A stretch of 64,000 nt of DNA from NCBI GenBank assembly GCA_040755725.1, contig JBFMAI010000032.1:85467-149466 (forward strand), read 5' to 3'. The stretch is from Planctomycetota bacterium. Its GTDB lineage: Bacteria; Planctomycetota; Phycisphaerae; UBA1845; Fen-1342. Below are positions 19,163-27,345 of this stretch, one piece after another. The notes under the pieces were generated by a model, which was not told where the DNA came from, did no database searches, and saw nothing but the letters and a program-made list of their open reading frames with translations. The stretch's first letter is position 1; the number at the start of each line of letters is the position of its first letter. A program made the position numbers and the translations under genes.

Positions 19163-20473
19163 ATGAGGTCAGGCGGCGCCACGGCGTGGATCGTTTCCAT
19201 CGGGACGGAATTGACCCTGGGCCGCGCGCTCGACACCAACGCGAATTGGCTGGCCGGGCGCTTGGCGGAGTTGGGCTACCGTGCGACCCGCTTCGTGGTG
19301 GTCCCGGATGACGAGCCGGCCATTCGCGCTGCGCTGTATGAGGCCGCGGAGCACGCCGAGCTGGTCATGGCCACCGGCGGGTTGGGGCCGACGGAGGATG
19401 ATCTGACCCGCGGGGCGTTGGCGGCCGCGGCCGGCGTCCCGCTGGTGTTGGACGAGGTGAGCCTGGAACAGATGCGCGCGTTCTTCGCGCGTCGGGGACG
19501 CGTCATGCCGGAGGCGAACCGGGTGCAGGCGTACATCCCGCAGACCGGCACGGCGCTGGCGAACGCGTGCGGGACGGCCCCCGGCATCCGGATGGTCCTG
19601 AAGGGCACACCGTGTTACGTCATGCCGGGCGTCCCGTTCGAAATGCGCGCGATGTTCGACGGGCTCGTGGCGCCGGAATTGCGCGAGCGGTCCCGCGGGG
19701 CCGTCCTGCGCACGCGCGAACTCCGCACGTATGGGCTCCCGGAATCGACCCTGGGCGAGCGCATTGCCGACCTGATGCGGCCGGGCGGTCGCGTGACTGT
19801 CGGCACGAGCGCGGGCTACGGGCTCATCACCATTCGGTTGTCCGCCGCCGCCGCGGACCCCGCCCAGGCCGACGCCCTGCTGGACGAGACGGAAGCCGAG
19901 CTGCGGCGACGGCTGGGCGCGGTGGTCTACGGGCGCGATTCGGACACCCTTGCCGGCGTCGTCGGCCGGCTACTGGAGTCCCGGGGCCGGACGGTAGCCA
20001 CCGGGGAATCGTGTACCGGCGGTCTGATCGCCAAGCTGCTGACGGATACGCCCGGCAGCAGCCGTTACTTCCGCGGCGGCATCGTGGCGTATGCCAACGA
20101 CGCGAAGGAGCGGGTGCTGGGGGTGTCGCCGACCGACCTGGCAAGCCATGGGGCGGTGAGCGCGGTCGTCGCGCGGGCGATGGCCACGGGCGCGGCGCGG
20201 GCGTTGGGGGCGGATTATGGGCTCGGCGTGACGGGCATCGCGGGGCCCGAAGGGGGCTCGGCCGAAAAGCCCGTCGGGTTGGTTTACATCGGTCACTGCG
20301 GGCCGCGTGGCGCGGACGCTGTGGAATACCGCTTCGGCGGCGACGCGCCGCGTGAGGCGATTCGGCTGCGGGCGGCGTGGGCCGCCCTGGATTGGGTGCG
20401 GCAAGACCTGCTGGGTGACGCCGCCCCGGCCCCCGACGGCCCGATTCACTGCTGCGACAGCGGTGGCCGATAA
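19163..20473 (+). CDS. cinA: CinA-family competence/damage-inducible protein (MoCF-biosynthesis-like N domain plus CinA C domain)
   Basis: N-domain AWIVSIGTELTLGRALDTNANWLAGRL...ATGGLGPTEDDLT. C-domain VATGESCTGGLIAKLLTDTPGSSRYFRGGIVAYAN. Confidence 0.85.
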   Translation: MRSGGATAWIVSIGTELTLGRALDTNANWLAGRLAELGYRATRFVVVPDDEPAIRAALYEAAEHAELVMATGGLGPTEDDLTRGALAAAAGVPLVLDEVSLEQMRAFFARRGRVMPEANRVQAYIPQTGTALANACGTAPGIRMVLKGTPCYVMPGVPFEMRAMFDGLVAPELRERSRGAVLRTRELRTYGLPESTLGERIADLMRPGGRVTVGTSAGYGLITIRLSAAAADPAQADALLDETEAELRRRLGAVVYGRDSDTLAGVVGRLLESRGRTVATGESCTGGLIAKLLTDTPGSSRYFRGGIVAYANDAKERVLGVSPTDLASHGAVSAVVARAMATGAARALGADYGLGVTGIAGPEGGSAEKPVGLVYIGHCGPRGADAVEYRFGGDAPREAIRLRAAWAALDWVRQDLLGDAAPAPDGPIHCCDSGGR

Positions 20474-20580
20474 TGAACGAAAGCGGTACGCTAGGCGTAA
20501 TTGTGTCGGGGAGGCGGATGTCGGGCGGTGCGCCGGCGACCGCTGCCAGGCTCGGCGACCTGACGAGAGGAGTTGCTGCG

Positions 20581-21738
20581 ATGATGCGTGCACATGCCGT
20601 TCTGGGTTTGCTTCTCGGCTTGGTCGTGCTGACCGCGGCGGCGCAAGATCCTCCGGGGACGGGCGGGGGCGCGCCGGCCGGGCCGCAGACCGGTCTGACC
20701 CCGGACCAGGCCGTGGCTCTGGCCCAGGAGCGGTGGAAGGCGGGGCAGGCTTCGGAGGCGATGGAGCTGCTGCGCAACGTGCTCCAAGCGATACCGGGGC
20801 ACACCGAGGCCAACCTGTTGGCGGGCGACATCCTGATCGCGAACAATGACTTCGACACCGCGCGCAACCACTTCAAGCAGGTATTGAGCGCGGAGCCGAG
20901 CAATTTTCGGGCGAACCTAGGCTACGGGAAGATCCTCGTCGCCAACCGGTCGCCACGGCACGCGGTCACCTTCCTCGAACAAGCGGAATCCGTAGCACCG
21001 GCCAGCGGCCGCAGCGAGGTGAAGCAGCTTCTGGCCACGGTGTACTTCCAGATGGGGCAGATGCAGAAGGCGATTGACAAGGCCCAGGAAGCGGTCCAGG
21101 CGAACCCGGACGACCTGATGGCGCTGCGCACGCTGATCGAGCTACGGCAGCCCGCCGCCGAGCGCGACCCGCGCCAGACCGAGCTCGCCGCAGCCGACGC
21201 GGAGAAGCTGGTGCAGAAGGCGGCGGCGGTGGTGGAGAGAGACCCCTGGACACCCGCCACGCTCCAGAAACTCGGCGACGCGTATCAGGTCCGCATGGCG
21301 GTCTTGCAGGCGTACCACAACAGCTTCTACGAGCGCGACCGGCGCGGCCAGTTCCTGGACCGGTTGCTGCCGGGGCGCGGGCCGGAGGCCGCCGCCGTGC
21401 TGATGCGGGCGGTGGAGACGCGGCGGCAGTCCGCGTTGCTGGCGCTGATCCTCGCCGAGCATGAGTCCCTGATGATGGCGGAGCGCGCCGTGGCCGACAC
21501 GTATGATCCGAAGAACGTGGGGTACCTGGAGAAGTTGCTGGCGTCGTACCAGCAGATTCAGGAGCTGACGGCGCGGCTGGCCGGACCGGGCGTCTTCGCC
21601 GACACGACGCTTCAGGACAAGGCCGTCGAAGTGTGCCACAAAATCCTGGAAGTGGACGCCAACAACGCCAAGGCACGCGAGTATCTGCAAGCTGCGGGGC
21701 TCACGCCGACCGCCGAGCCGCACGGCACGGCGGGATAA
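20581..21738 (+). CDS. Secreted TPR-repeat protein
   Basis: Signal peptide MMRAHAVLGLLLGLVVLTAAAQ. Multiple TPR-like helical repeats. Confidence 0.6.
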   Translation: MMRAHAVLGLLLGLVVLTAAAQDPPGTGGGAPAGPQTGLTPDQAVALAQERWKAGQASEAMELLRNVLQAIPGHTEANLLAGDILIANNDFDTARNHFKQVLSAEPSNFRANLGYGKILVANRSPRHAVTFLEQAESVAPASGRSEVKQLLATVYFQMGQMQKAIDKAQEAVQANPDDLMALRTLIELRQPAAERDPRQTELAAADAEKLVQKAAAVVERDPWTPATLQKLGDAYQVRMAVLQAYHNSFYERDRRGQFLDRLLPGRGPEAAAVLMRAVETRRQSALLALILAEHESLMMAERAVADTYDPKNVGYLEKLLASYQQIQELTARLAGPGVFADTTLQDKAVEVCHKILEVDANNAKAREYLQAAGLTPTAEPHGTAG

Positions 21739-21815
21739 GGAAAGCCGCCTGGTCCCCCGCTCTCTACGGCGTGGTTTGGGAGGATCGCTGCTCCCCTCCC
21801 GCTTCGAGCGCCTAT

Positions 21816-21874
21816 CAGAACCCCGCACGCCGGTGCGGGGCCAACCGACCTGCCGCTTGCGTGGTGGGTTCTGT
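21816..21874 (+). repeat. REP/MITE-like element, family A (full copy)
   Basis: Sequence cagaaccccgcacgccggtgcggggccaaccgacctgccgcttgcgtggtgggttctgtt, between convergent genes. Confidence 0.65.
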
Positions 21875-22044
21875 TGGCAGCGCGTAGAGAGAGGTTGGGC
21901 GAGGTTGGATTCGTCGCGCCGGGTCGTACAGCAAGGCTCCGCCTCACCGCCGTCGCAAGGCAGAGCCTTGCGGTGCGGCTGGCGCGACATGGCACACGCT
22001 GATGCTGGTAAGCTCAGCCAAGCGGTGCGGCGTCCGGCGGGCCG

Positions 22045-22767
22045 TCACACAGCGACGGGGCACTCCGCGGTCTTGCGGCGGCGACGGCGTTTCTTGACGA
22101 GTCCCACCCGTGGGGGATGCCCGATCCGCGGCCCCAGATTGGCTAACGTGGAGACGACGGCCTGCGGGCCGTCGCAGAAGGCGTCCGCCCCCACTTCGCG
22201 CCATAGGCCGTCCGCGCGGTTGAAGATGCCGCCGCTGACGACGACGTTCATCGTGGGGCACACGCCGATGTCGCGGATGCGTTCGAGCATGGCGCGGGTG
22301 TTCGGCACGGCTTCGGGGTCGGCGCCGAAGATGAGGAGCACGTCCGGCCGCAGGTGGCCGACCATGGCGAGGATCTCGTCGTGCGGGACGCCACCGCCGA
22401 GAAAGAAGACTTCCCAGCCGTCGGCTTGCAGGAGGTCGGCGAGCATCTGGGCGCCGAGCTCCTCGTGAGCCCCGTCGGCGCAGGCGACCAGCACCCGCTT
22501 GCCGCGGCGTGGGGCTGTCCGCAGGCGGGCCTGCAACTGGTCGGCCACCGTCCGGTTGATCCGGTAGGCCATGTGTTCAATCGCGGCGTTGATGCGATCG
22601 TCCCGGTAGAGTCGCTCGATCTGGGCGTTGGCGGGCCAGAGCACGTTGCAGATGAGTTCTTCGGCGGGGACACCGCGGGCCGTGGCGTCGGCGATGAGCT
22701 CAAAGCACTCGGCGCGGCGGCCGGCCAGCAGGGGTTGCAGGTAGCGAACGAGGAAGGGTTCGGGCAT
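22045..22767 (-). CDS. Standalone cobalamin (B12)-binding domain protein: B12-binding_2 helical cap plus Rossmann B12-binding domain, with no DNA-binding domain
   Basis: N-terminal four-helix cap, then KRVLVACADGAHEELGAQMLADLLQADGWEVFFLGGGVPHDEIL...DVLLIFGA (Rossmann B12-binding-like). The spacing of the DxHxxG-type motif is off by one residue. Confidence 0.55.
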   Translation of the reverse strand: MPEPFLVRYLQPLLAGRRAECFELIADATARGVPAEELICNVLWPANAQIERLYRDDRINAAIEHMAYRINRTVADQLQARLRTAPRRGKRVLVACADGAHEELGAQMLADLLQADGWEVFFLGGGVPHDEILAMVGHLRPDVLLIFGADPEAVPNTRAMLERIRDIGVCPTMNVVVSGGIFNRADGLWREVGADAFCDGPQAVVSTLANLGPRIGHPPRVGLVKKRRRRRKTAECPVAV

Positions 22768-23318
22768 GGATGCCGACTCCGTTACGGGCCCGTCGCCGAC
22801 GGCCTCCAGGTCCGGCCCGATCCACAGACCGCGACGGGTGTGCCTCGCGTTGCCGCAGCATCCATGCTGACGGGGACTTGATTCCGGGGCGGGCGGGTCC
22901 TGACCGCGTGGGTCACGCCGCCCGGTTTCGCCCGTTGCTATCGGGGCCGGTCCGCGGCGATCTTGAGGGCGTTCTGGAGGCGGCGCGCGACCGGGGCGAC
23001 GGCGCTGGCGGCGGGTTCAGCGCGTCCGAAAACGCGCGGTCCGAGGGGTGGCGGCCCGGTGCGTTTCTCGGAACCGCGCGGCCGCGGGCCCGCCGGATGC
23101 CCGCCCGCCGGATTCGGGGGAGAAATCGCCAGGCGCGGAGAGCGCAGAGAACGCCGAGGCACGCCAAACAGAGCGCCTGCTCGCCAGACGGCCTGCCTTG
23201 ACAGAGCCGCGCCAGGGCTTAACGTAGCGGTTCGCTCGGCGGCCGGTGGCCTGGGCCGGGTGATGGTCGGCGTACGTCCACGGGGGGGAGGTACGGCCAA
23301 AGGAAGGAGACTGCGGCC

Positions 23319-23510
23319 ATGCGACCGATGATGTGGTACAGGCGATGGAGCGTGGCCCTGGCCACGGGCGGCGTCACGCTGGGAATCCTGCAAGGGCTGG
23401 GCCTGGTCAATTTCGCCAGCCTGTTCACGAGCCTCTTGGCCACGTGGCTATCGATCCTCGTGACGATCCTGCTGGGCGGCGACCCCAGCGCGTTGCTCGC
23501 CCGCGTCTGA
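23319..23510 (+). CDS. Small hydrophobic membrane protein (63 aa), hypothetical
   Basis: Strong RBS aggaaggaga, 7 nt upstream. Two predicted TM helices. High GC3. Confidence 0.45.
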   Translation: MRPMMWYRRWSVALATGGVTLGILQGLGLVNFASLFTSLLATWLSILVTILLGGDPSALLARV

Positions 23511-23623
23511 TGGCGACGGGCGCGGCCGACGCCGGACGAGGGCGTGGGGCCGCCGGGCCGCTGGGCGGTCATGGCGGCGAGCGGTCCGCGGCGTCCGCGG
23601 CCGGTTGAACACGGGAGACGATC

Positions 23624-25084
23624 ATGGACATACCGGGAGCCGCCCGTCCGATAGACCCCGAGGCATGGGACAAGGCCCAGGCCGAGCAAGAGCGCCTGCT
23701 GGAGGACCTCAAGAAGGAGGTCCGGGTGGCCGCGCAAGACATCGGCACCCTGCGCAAGTCGCTCCGCATCACCGTCCCCGAGAAGATCATCGCCGACCAC
23801 CTAGAGCACAATTACACCGAGCTCATGCACGACGCCCTGGTGCCCGGGTTTCGCAAGGGGCGGGCGCCGCGCCGGCTGATCGAGAAGCGCTTCGGCAGCG
23901 AGGTCCGCGAATCGCTCACCAGCTCGATGGTGGGCCAGTCGTACTTCGCGGTCATCGAGAACGAGAAGCTCGACGTGCTCGGCGACCCGCTCTTTGTCAT
24001 CACGACGGGCGACAGCACCAAACTGATGGACATCGACGAGGCGCTCCAACACCTCAAGCTGCCGTCCAGCGGCGATTTCGTCTACGCCTGCGAGGTCGAG
24101 CTTAAGCCGACCTTCGAGTTGCCCGCGCTGGAGAACATCCCCGTCCGCCAGCCCAAGATCGAGATCACCGACGCGATGGTCGATGAGCAGATCATGCACC
24201 GCCGCAAGCTCCGCGGGCGGATGGAGCCGGTGACCGACCAGCCGGCGGAGAAGAACGACACGATCGTGGCCGACGTGGTGCTCCGGGTCGATGGCGAGTC
24301 GATCAAACAGGAAGACAACGTGACGCTCGCGGTCCGGCCGTCGAGTATCGAGGGCATCCCGCTGACGGACCTTGACACGGTACTGACCGGCGTGCGGCCC
24401 GGGCAGTCGGTGACGGCCGACTGCACAATCCCGCCGGACTTCGAACGGCCCGACTTGCGCGGCAAGCAGGGGCAGTTCACGTTCAAGATTCACGAGATCA
24501 AGCGGCTCGTGCCGGAGTCGATGGCTGATTTCCTGACGGGCTGGGGCTTCGAGTCGGAGGTCGACGCGCGGACGTTTTTCCGTGAGCAGTTGGAGTCGGA
24601 GCGGGACGAGCTGGTGGATCGAGCGCGGCGGGCCCAAATTGAAGGCTACCTGCTCGATAACACGAAGCTGGACTTGCCGGAGCAATTCTCGAACCGTCAG
24701 GTTCAGCGGGCGGTGGCCCGCAAGATCATCGAGCTCCAGCAGCGCGGGGTGCCGCAGGGCGACATCGAGGCCCGCATCGACGGGCTGCGGACCTCCGCGG
24801 GCGCCGAGGCGGTGGCCGAGCTCAAACTGAGCTTCATCCTGGAGAAGGCGGCCGAGCAGCTCGGCATTACGGTGACGGACGAAGAGGTCAACACGGAGAT
24901 CGCGCGGATCGCCCGGCGGTACAACCGGCGGTTCGACCGCGTCCGTGACGATCTGCAAAGCCACGGGTTGTTGGACCAGCTCGTCGAGCAGATCCGACAG
25001 CGCAAGTGCGTCGACGTCCTGCTGGAGAAAGCCCAGGCCGTCGAGGCGGCGGAGCCCGCGCCGAGCAAGCCGGCGGCGGAGTGA
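23624..25084 (+). CDS. tig: Trigger factor (ribosome-associated PPIase chaperone) with an approximately 45 aa N-terminal extension
   Basis: GFRKGRAP signature. Three-domain length. Conserved position immediately upstream of clpP. Confidence 0.9.
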   Translation: MDIPGAARPIDPEAWDKAQAEQERLLEDLKKEVRVAAQDIGTLRKSLRITVPEKIIADHLEHNYTELMHDALVPGFRKGRAPRRLIEKRFGSEVRESLTSSMVGQSYFAVIENEKLDVLGDPLFVITTGDSTKLMDIDEALQHLKLPSSGDFVYACEVELKPTFELPALENIPVRQPKIEITDAMVDEQIMHRRKLRGRMEPVTDQPAEKNDTIVADVVLRVDGESIKQEDNVTLAVRPSSIEGIPLTDLDTVLTGVRPGQSVTADCTIPPDFERPDLRGKQGQFTFKIHEIKRLVPESMADFLTGWGFESEVDARTFFREQLESERDELVDRARRAQIEGYLLDNTKLDLPEQFSNRQVQRAVARKIIELQQRGVPQGDIEARIDGLRTSAGAEAVAELKLSFILEKAAEQLGITVTDEEVNTEIARIARRYNRRFDRVRDDLQSHGLLDQLVEQIRQRKCVDVLLEKAQAVEAAEPAPSKPAAE

Positions 25085-25094
25085 AGGAGAATCC

Positions 25095-25736
25095 ATGGCG
25101 TACTGGCCGGATCCCGAGCGACCGCGGAACCAGGGGGGCGGCAACTATCAGGCCTGGCGGCAGATGGGCCTGAACGAGATGCTGCTGGACAACCGCATTA
25201 TCTTCCTGGACTTGCCGCTGGATCCGCGGATCACGATCAACAGCAGCACGGTCTGCTCGCACGTGATCAAGAGCATGTTGTATCTCCAGTCGGTCAAGCG
25301 CGACCAGGACATCCACCTGTACATCAACTGCCCCGGGGGGGACATCGACGACACGCTGGCCATCTACGACACGATGCGGTTCCTGAACTGCGACGTGTCC
25401 ACGTACTGCGTGGGGGGGGCCGCCAGCGGGGCCGCGCTGATCCTGGCCGCCGGCACCAAGGGCAAGCGTTACGCGCTACGGCACGCCAAGATCATGATCC
25501 ACCAGCCGTGGGGCTACGTCGGCGGGCAGGCGACGGACATGCGGATCCAGGCCGATGAGATCCTGCGGGTCAAGAAGACGTTGATCGACATCCTGGCGCT
25601 GCACACGGGCAAGCCCGCGGAGCAGATCGCCAAGGACATCGAGCGCGACCGGTACATGAGCGCCGAGGAGGCCAAGGAGTACGGTCTGATCGACGAGATT
25701 CTCGAAGAGGCCAAGGTCGAAAAGAAGAAGAAGTGA
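25095..25736 (+). CDS. clpP: ATP-dependent Clp protease proteolytic subunit ClpP (paralog 1)
   Basis: Catalytic triad context: GGAAS (Ser), IMIHQP (His), and Asp. RBS aaggagaa. Confidence 0.9.
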   Translation: MAYWPDPERPRNQGGGNYQAWRQMGLNEMLLDNRIIFLDLPLDPRITINSSTVCSHVIKSMLYLQSVKRDQDIHLYINCPGGDIDDTLAIYDTMRFLNCDVSTYCVGGAASGAALILAAGTKGKRYALRHAKIMIHQPWGYVGGQATDMRIQADEILRVKKTLIDILALHTGKPAEQIAKDIERDRYMSAEEAKEYGLIDEILEEAKVEKKKK

Positions 25737-26389
25737 AAGGCGGCCCCGGCATGATCCGATCCGAAACGCTTGTTCCGATCGTCGTGGAGAAGGAGGGCCG
25801 CGCCGAGCGGGCCTACGACATCTACTCGCGCCTGCTGAAAGACCGCATCATCTTCCTGGGCGACGAGGTCGAGGCCAATCTCTCCAACCTCGTCATCGCC
25901 CAGATGCTCTTTCTGGCCAATGAAGACCGCAAGGCGGACATCCACCTGTACATCAACTCGCCCGGAGGCTCGGTCTACTCCGGCTTGGGCATCTACGACA
26001 CCATGCAGTTCGTGCCCTGCCCGGTGGCGACGTATGTCCTGGGCGCGGCCGCGAGCATGGCCGCTGTCCTGGCCGCCGCCGGGGCGCCCGGCAAACGCTA
26101 CGTCCTGCCGCACTCGCGGGTGATGATCCACCAGCCGCTGGGCGGGGCGCACGGGCCGGCCACCGACATCAAGATCGAGCTGGATGAGATGCTGCGGACG
26201 CAGCAGCAGCTCTACAAGGTGCTGGCGCGGCACACGGGCAAGAGCATCGAGCAGATTACCGCCGACTGCGACCGTAACCACTGGATGGACGCCGAGGAGG
26301 CGGTCGCATACGGCCTGGTGGACAAAGTGCTCCAGTCGATGCCCGAAACGGCGCCGCGGCCCGCAACGACGAACGGAGCGACGGAGTGA
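25733..26389 (+). CDS. clpP: ATP-dependent Clp protease proteolytic subunit ClpP (paralog 2)
   Basis: [23 protein letters not shown] overlap with clpP1. Confidence 0.9.
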   Translation: MKGGPGMIRSETLVPIVVEKEGRAERAYDIYSRLLKDRIIFLGDEVEANLSNLVIAQMLFLANEDRKADIHLYINSPGGSVYSGLGIYDTMQFVPCPVATYVLGAAASMAAVLAAAGAPGKRYVLPHSRVMIHQPLGGAHGPATDIKIELDEMLRTQQQLYKVLARHTGKSIEQITADCDRNHWMDAEEAVAYGLVDKVLQSMPETAPRPATTNGATE

Positions 26390-26513
26390 GCCAGTGATCC
26401 TCGTCGCCGCTCATCCCGAGGCCACGGCCGCGACCTGGGGACCGGCCACGGCCCGGCAACGTGGGTGGCGTCGTGGAAGATGGTGCGCGACGAATTTCGC
26501 GGCCGCGGTGGGG

Positions 26514-27089
26514 ATGGCGCTGTGTACCGTCGGCTGCGTCTCCACCGCCGAGATCAGCCTGCGGAACGAGATCATCGGCCTGCGCGAGCAGCTCCGGCAG
26601 AAGGACAACGAACTCGTCGCCCAACGGGCGAGTCTCGACGAGGTGGCCCGCCAGCTCGCGGTCGCCCGCTCCATTTCCGAGGACGACCTCAAGCGCGTCT
26701 TCTATCCCGAGCGGCTGGTCATCGACAAGCTCTCCGGCGGCGCGGACTATGACGGCAAGCCCGGCGACGACGGCGTCACGGTGTACCTCAAGCCGGTGGA
26801 CCCGGCCGGGGATGTCATCAAGGTCGCCGGCGATATCCGCATCCAGCTTTACGATCTGGCGGCCCCCGCCGGGAAGAACCTGATCGGCGAGTATGTCGTC
26901 CCTGTTGATCAGGTGGGCAAGCTGTGGCAGGGGAAGCTGTGGACCAATCACTACACGATCCGCTGCCCCTGGCCCGCCGCCCCGCCGGAGCACACGGAAA
27001 TCACCATCCGCGCCACGTTTGTGGACTATCTGACGAAGCGGGTGGTGTCCGCGCAATCGACCTGCCAGGTGAAGCTCCCGCCGCGCTAA
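26514..27089 (+). CDS. Hypothetical protein, possible lipoprotein (MALCTVGC...). The true start is uncertain and may be an upstream non-ATG codon.
   Basis: Same-strand ORF downstream of clpP2. Cys-containing lipobox-like TVGC. High GC3. The six-frame ORF 26184..27089 overlaps clpP2 and was trimmed. Confidence 0.45.
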   Translation: MALCTVGCVSTAEISLRNEIIGLREQLRQKDNELVAQRASLDEVARQLAVARSISEDDLKRVFYPERLVIDKLSGGADYDGKPGDDGVTVYLKPVDPAGDVIKVAGDIRIQLYDLAAPAGKNLIGEYVVPVDQVGKLWQGKLWTNHYTIRCPWPAAPPEHTEITIRATFVDYLTKRVVSAQSTCQVKLPPR

Positions 27090-27098
27090 GCGCGCCTC

Positions 27099-27159
27099 AC
27101 GGAACCCCGCACGCGAGTGCGGGGCCCGGCATCCCGCCACTCGCGTGGCGGGTTCTGTT
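27099..27159 (+). repeat. REP/MITE-like element, family A (best copy, both hairpins perfect)
   Basis: Sequence ggaaccccgcacgcgagtgcggggcccggcatcccgccactcgcgtggcgggttctgtt. It lies between convergent genes. Confidence 0.65.
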
Positions 27160-27345
27160 AGCGGCTGCAAGGAAAGGCGCGCTTGTGGACCGTCGGTCCC
27201 CAGGAGGCCAACCTGCCGAAATACCGAGGGCCCGCACAAGGGCGGGCCCTCACTCGGGGGCTACGGTCCTTTGAGGCGCTACGTTCTCGTGGCCCGTCGC
27301 CGCGGCCTCGTTGGCGAACTGCCGCTCAGTGTCCCGCCGGCCGCG

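Noticed and set aside
22768-23318. Cobalamin riboswitch upstream of the B12-binding protein gene
   Set aside because: No B12-box (GCCACTG, or CAGTGGC on the + strand) found in the 5' region by eye. A weak TTGACA-N16-TAACGT promoter-like motif (23198-23225) is present but unconvincing.
26184-26513. 5' extension of ORF 26184..27089 overlapping clpP2
   Set aside because: It overlaps the clpP2 coding sequence in another frame. The gene was trimmed to ATG 26514, though the true start may be a non-ATG codon slightly upstream.
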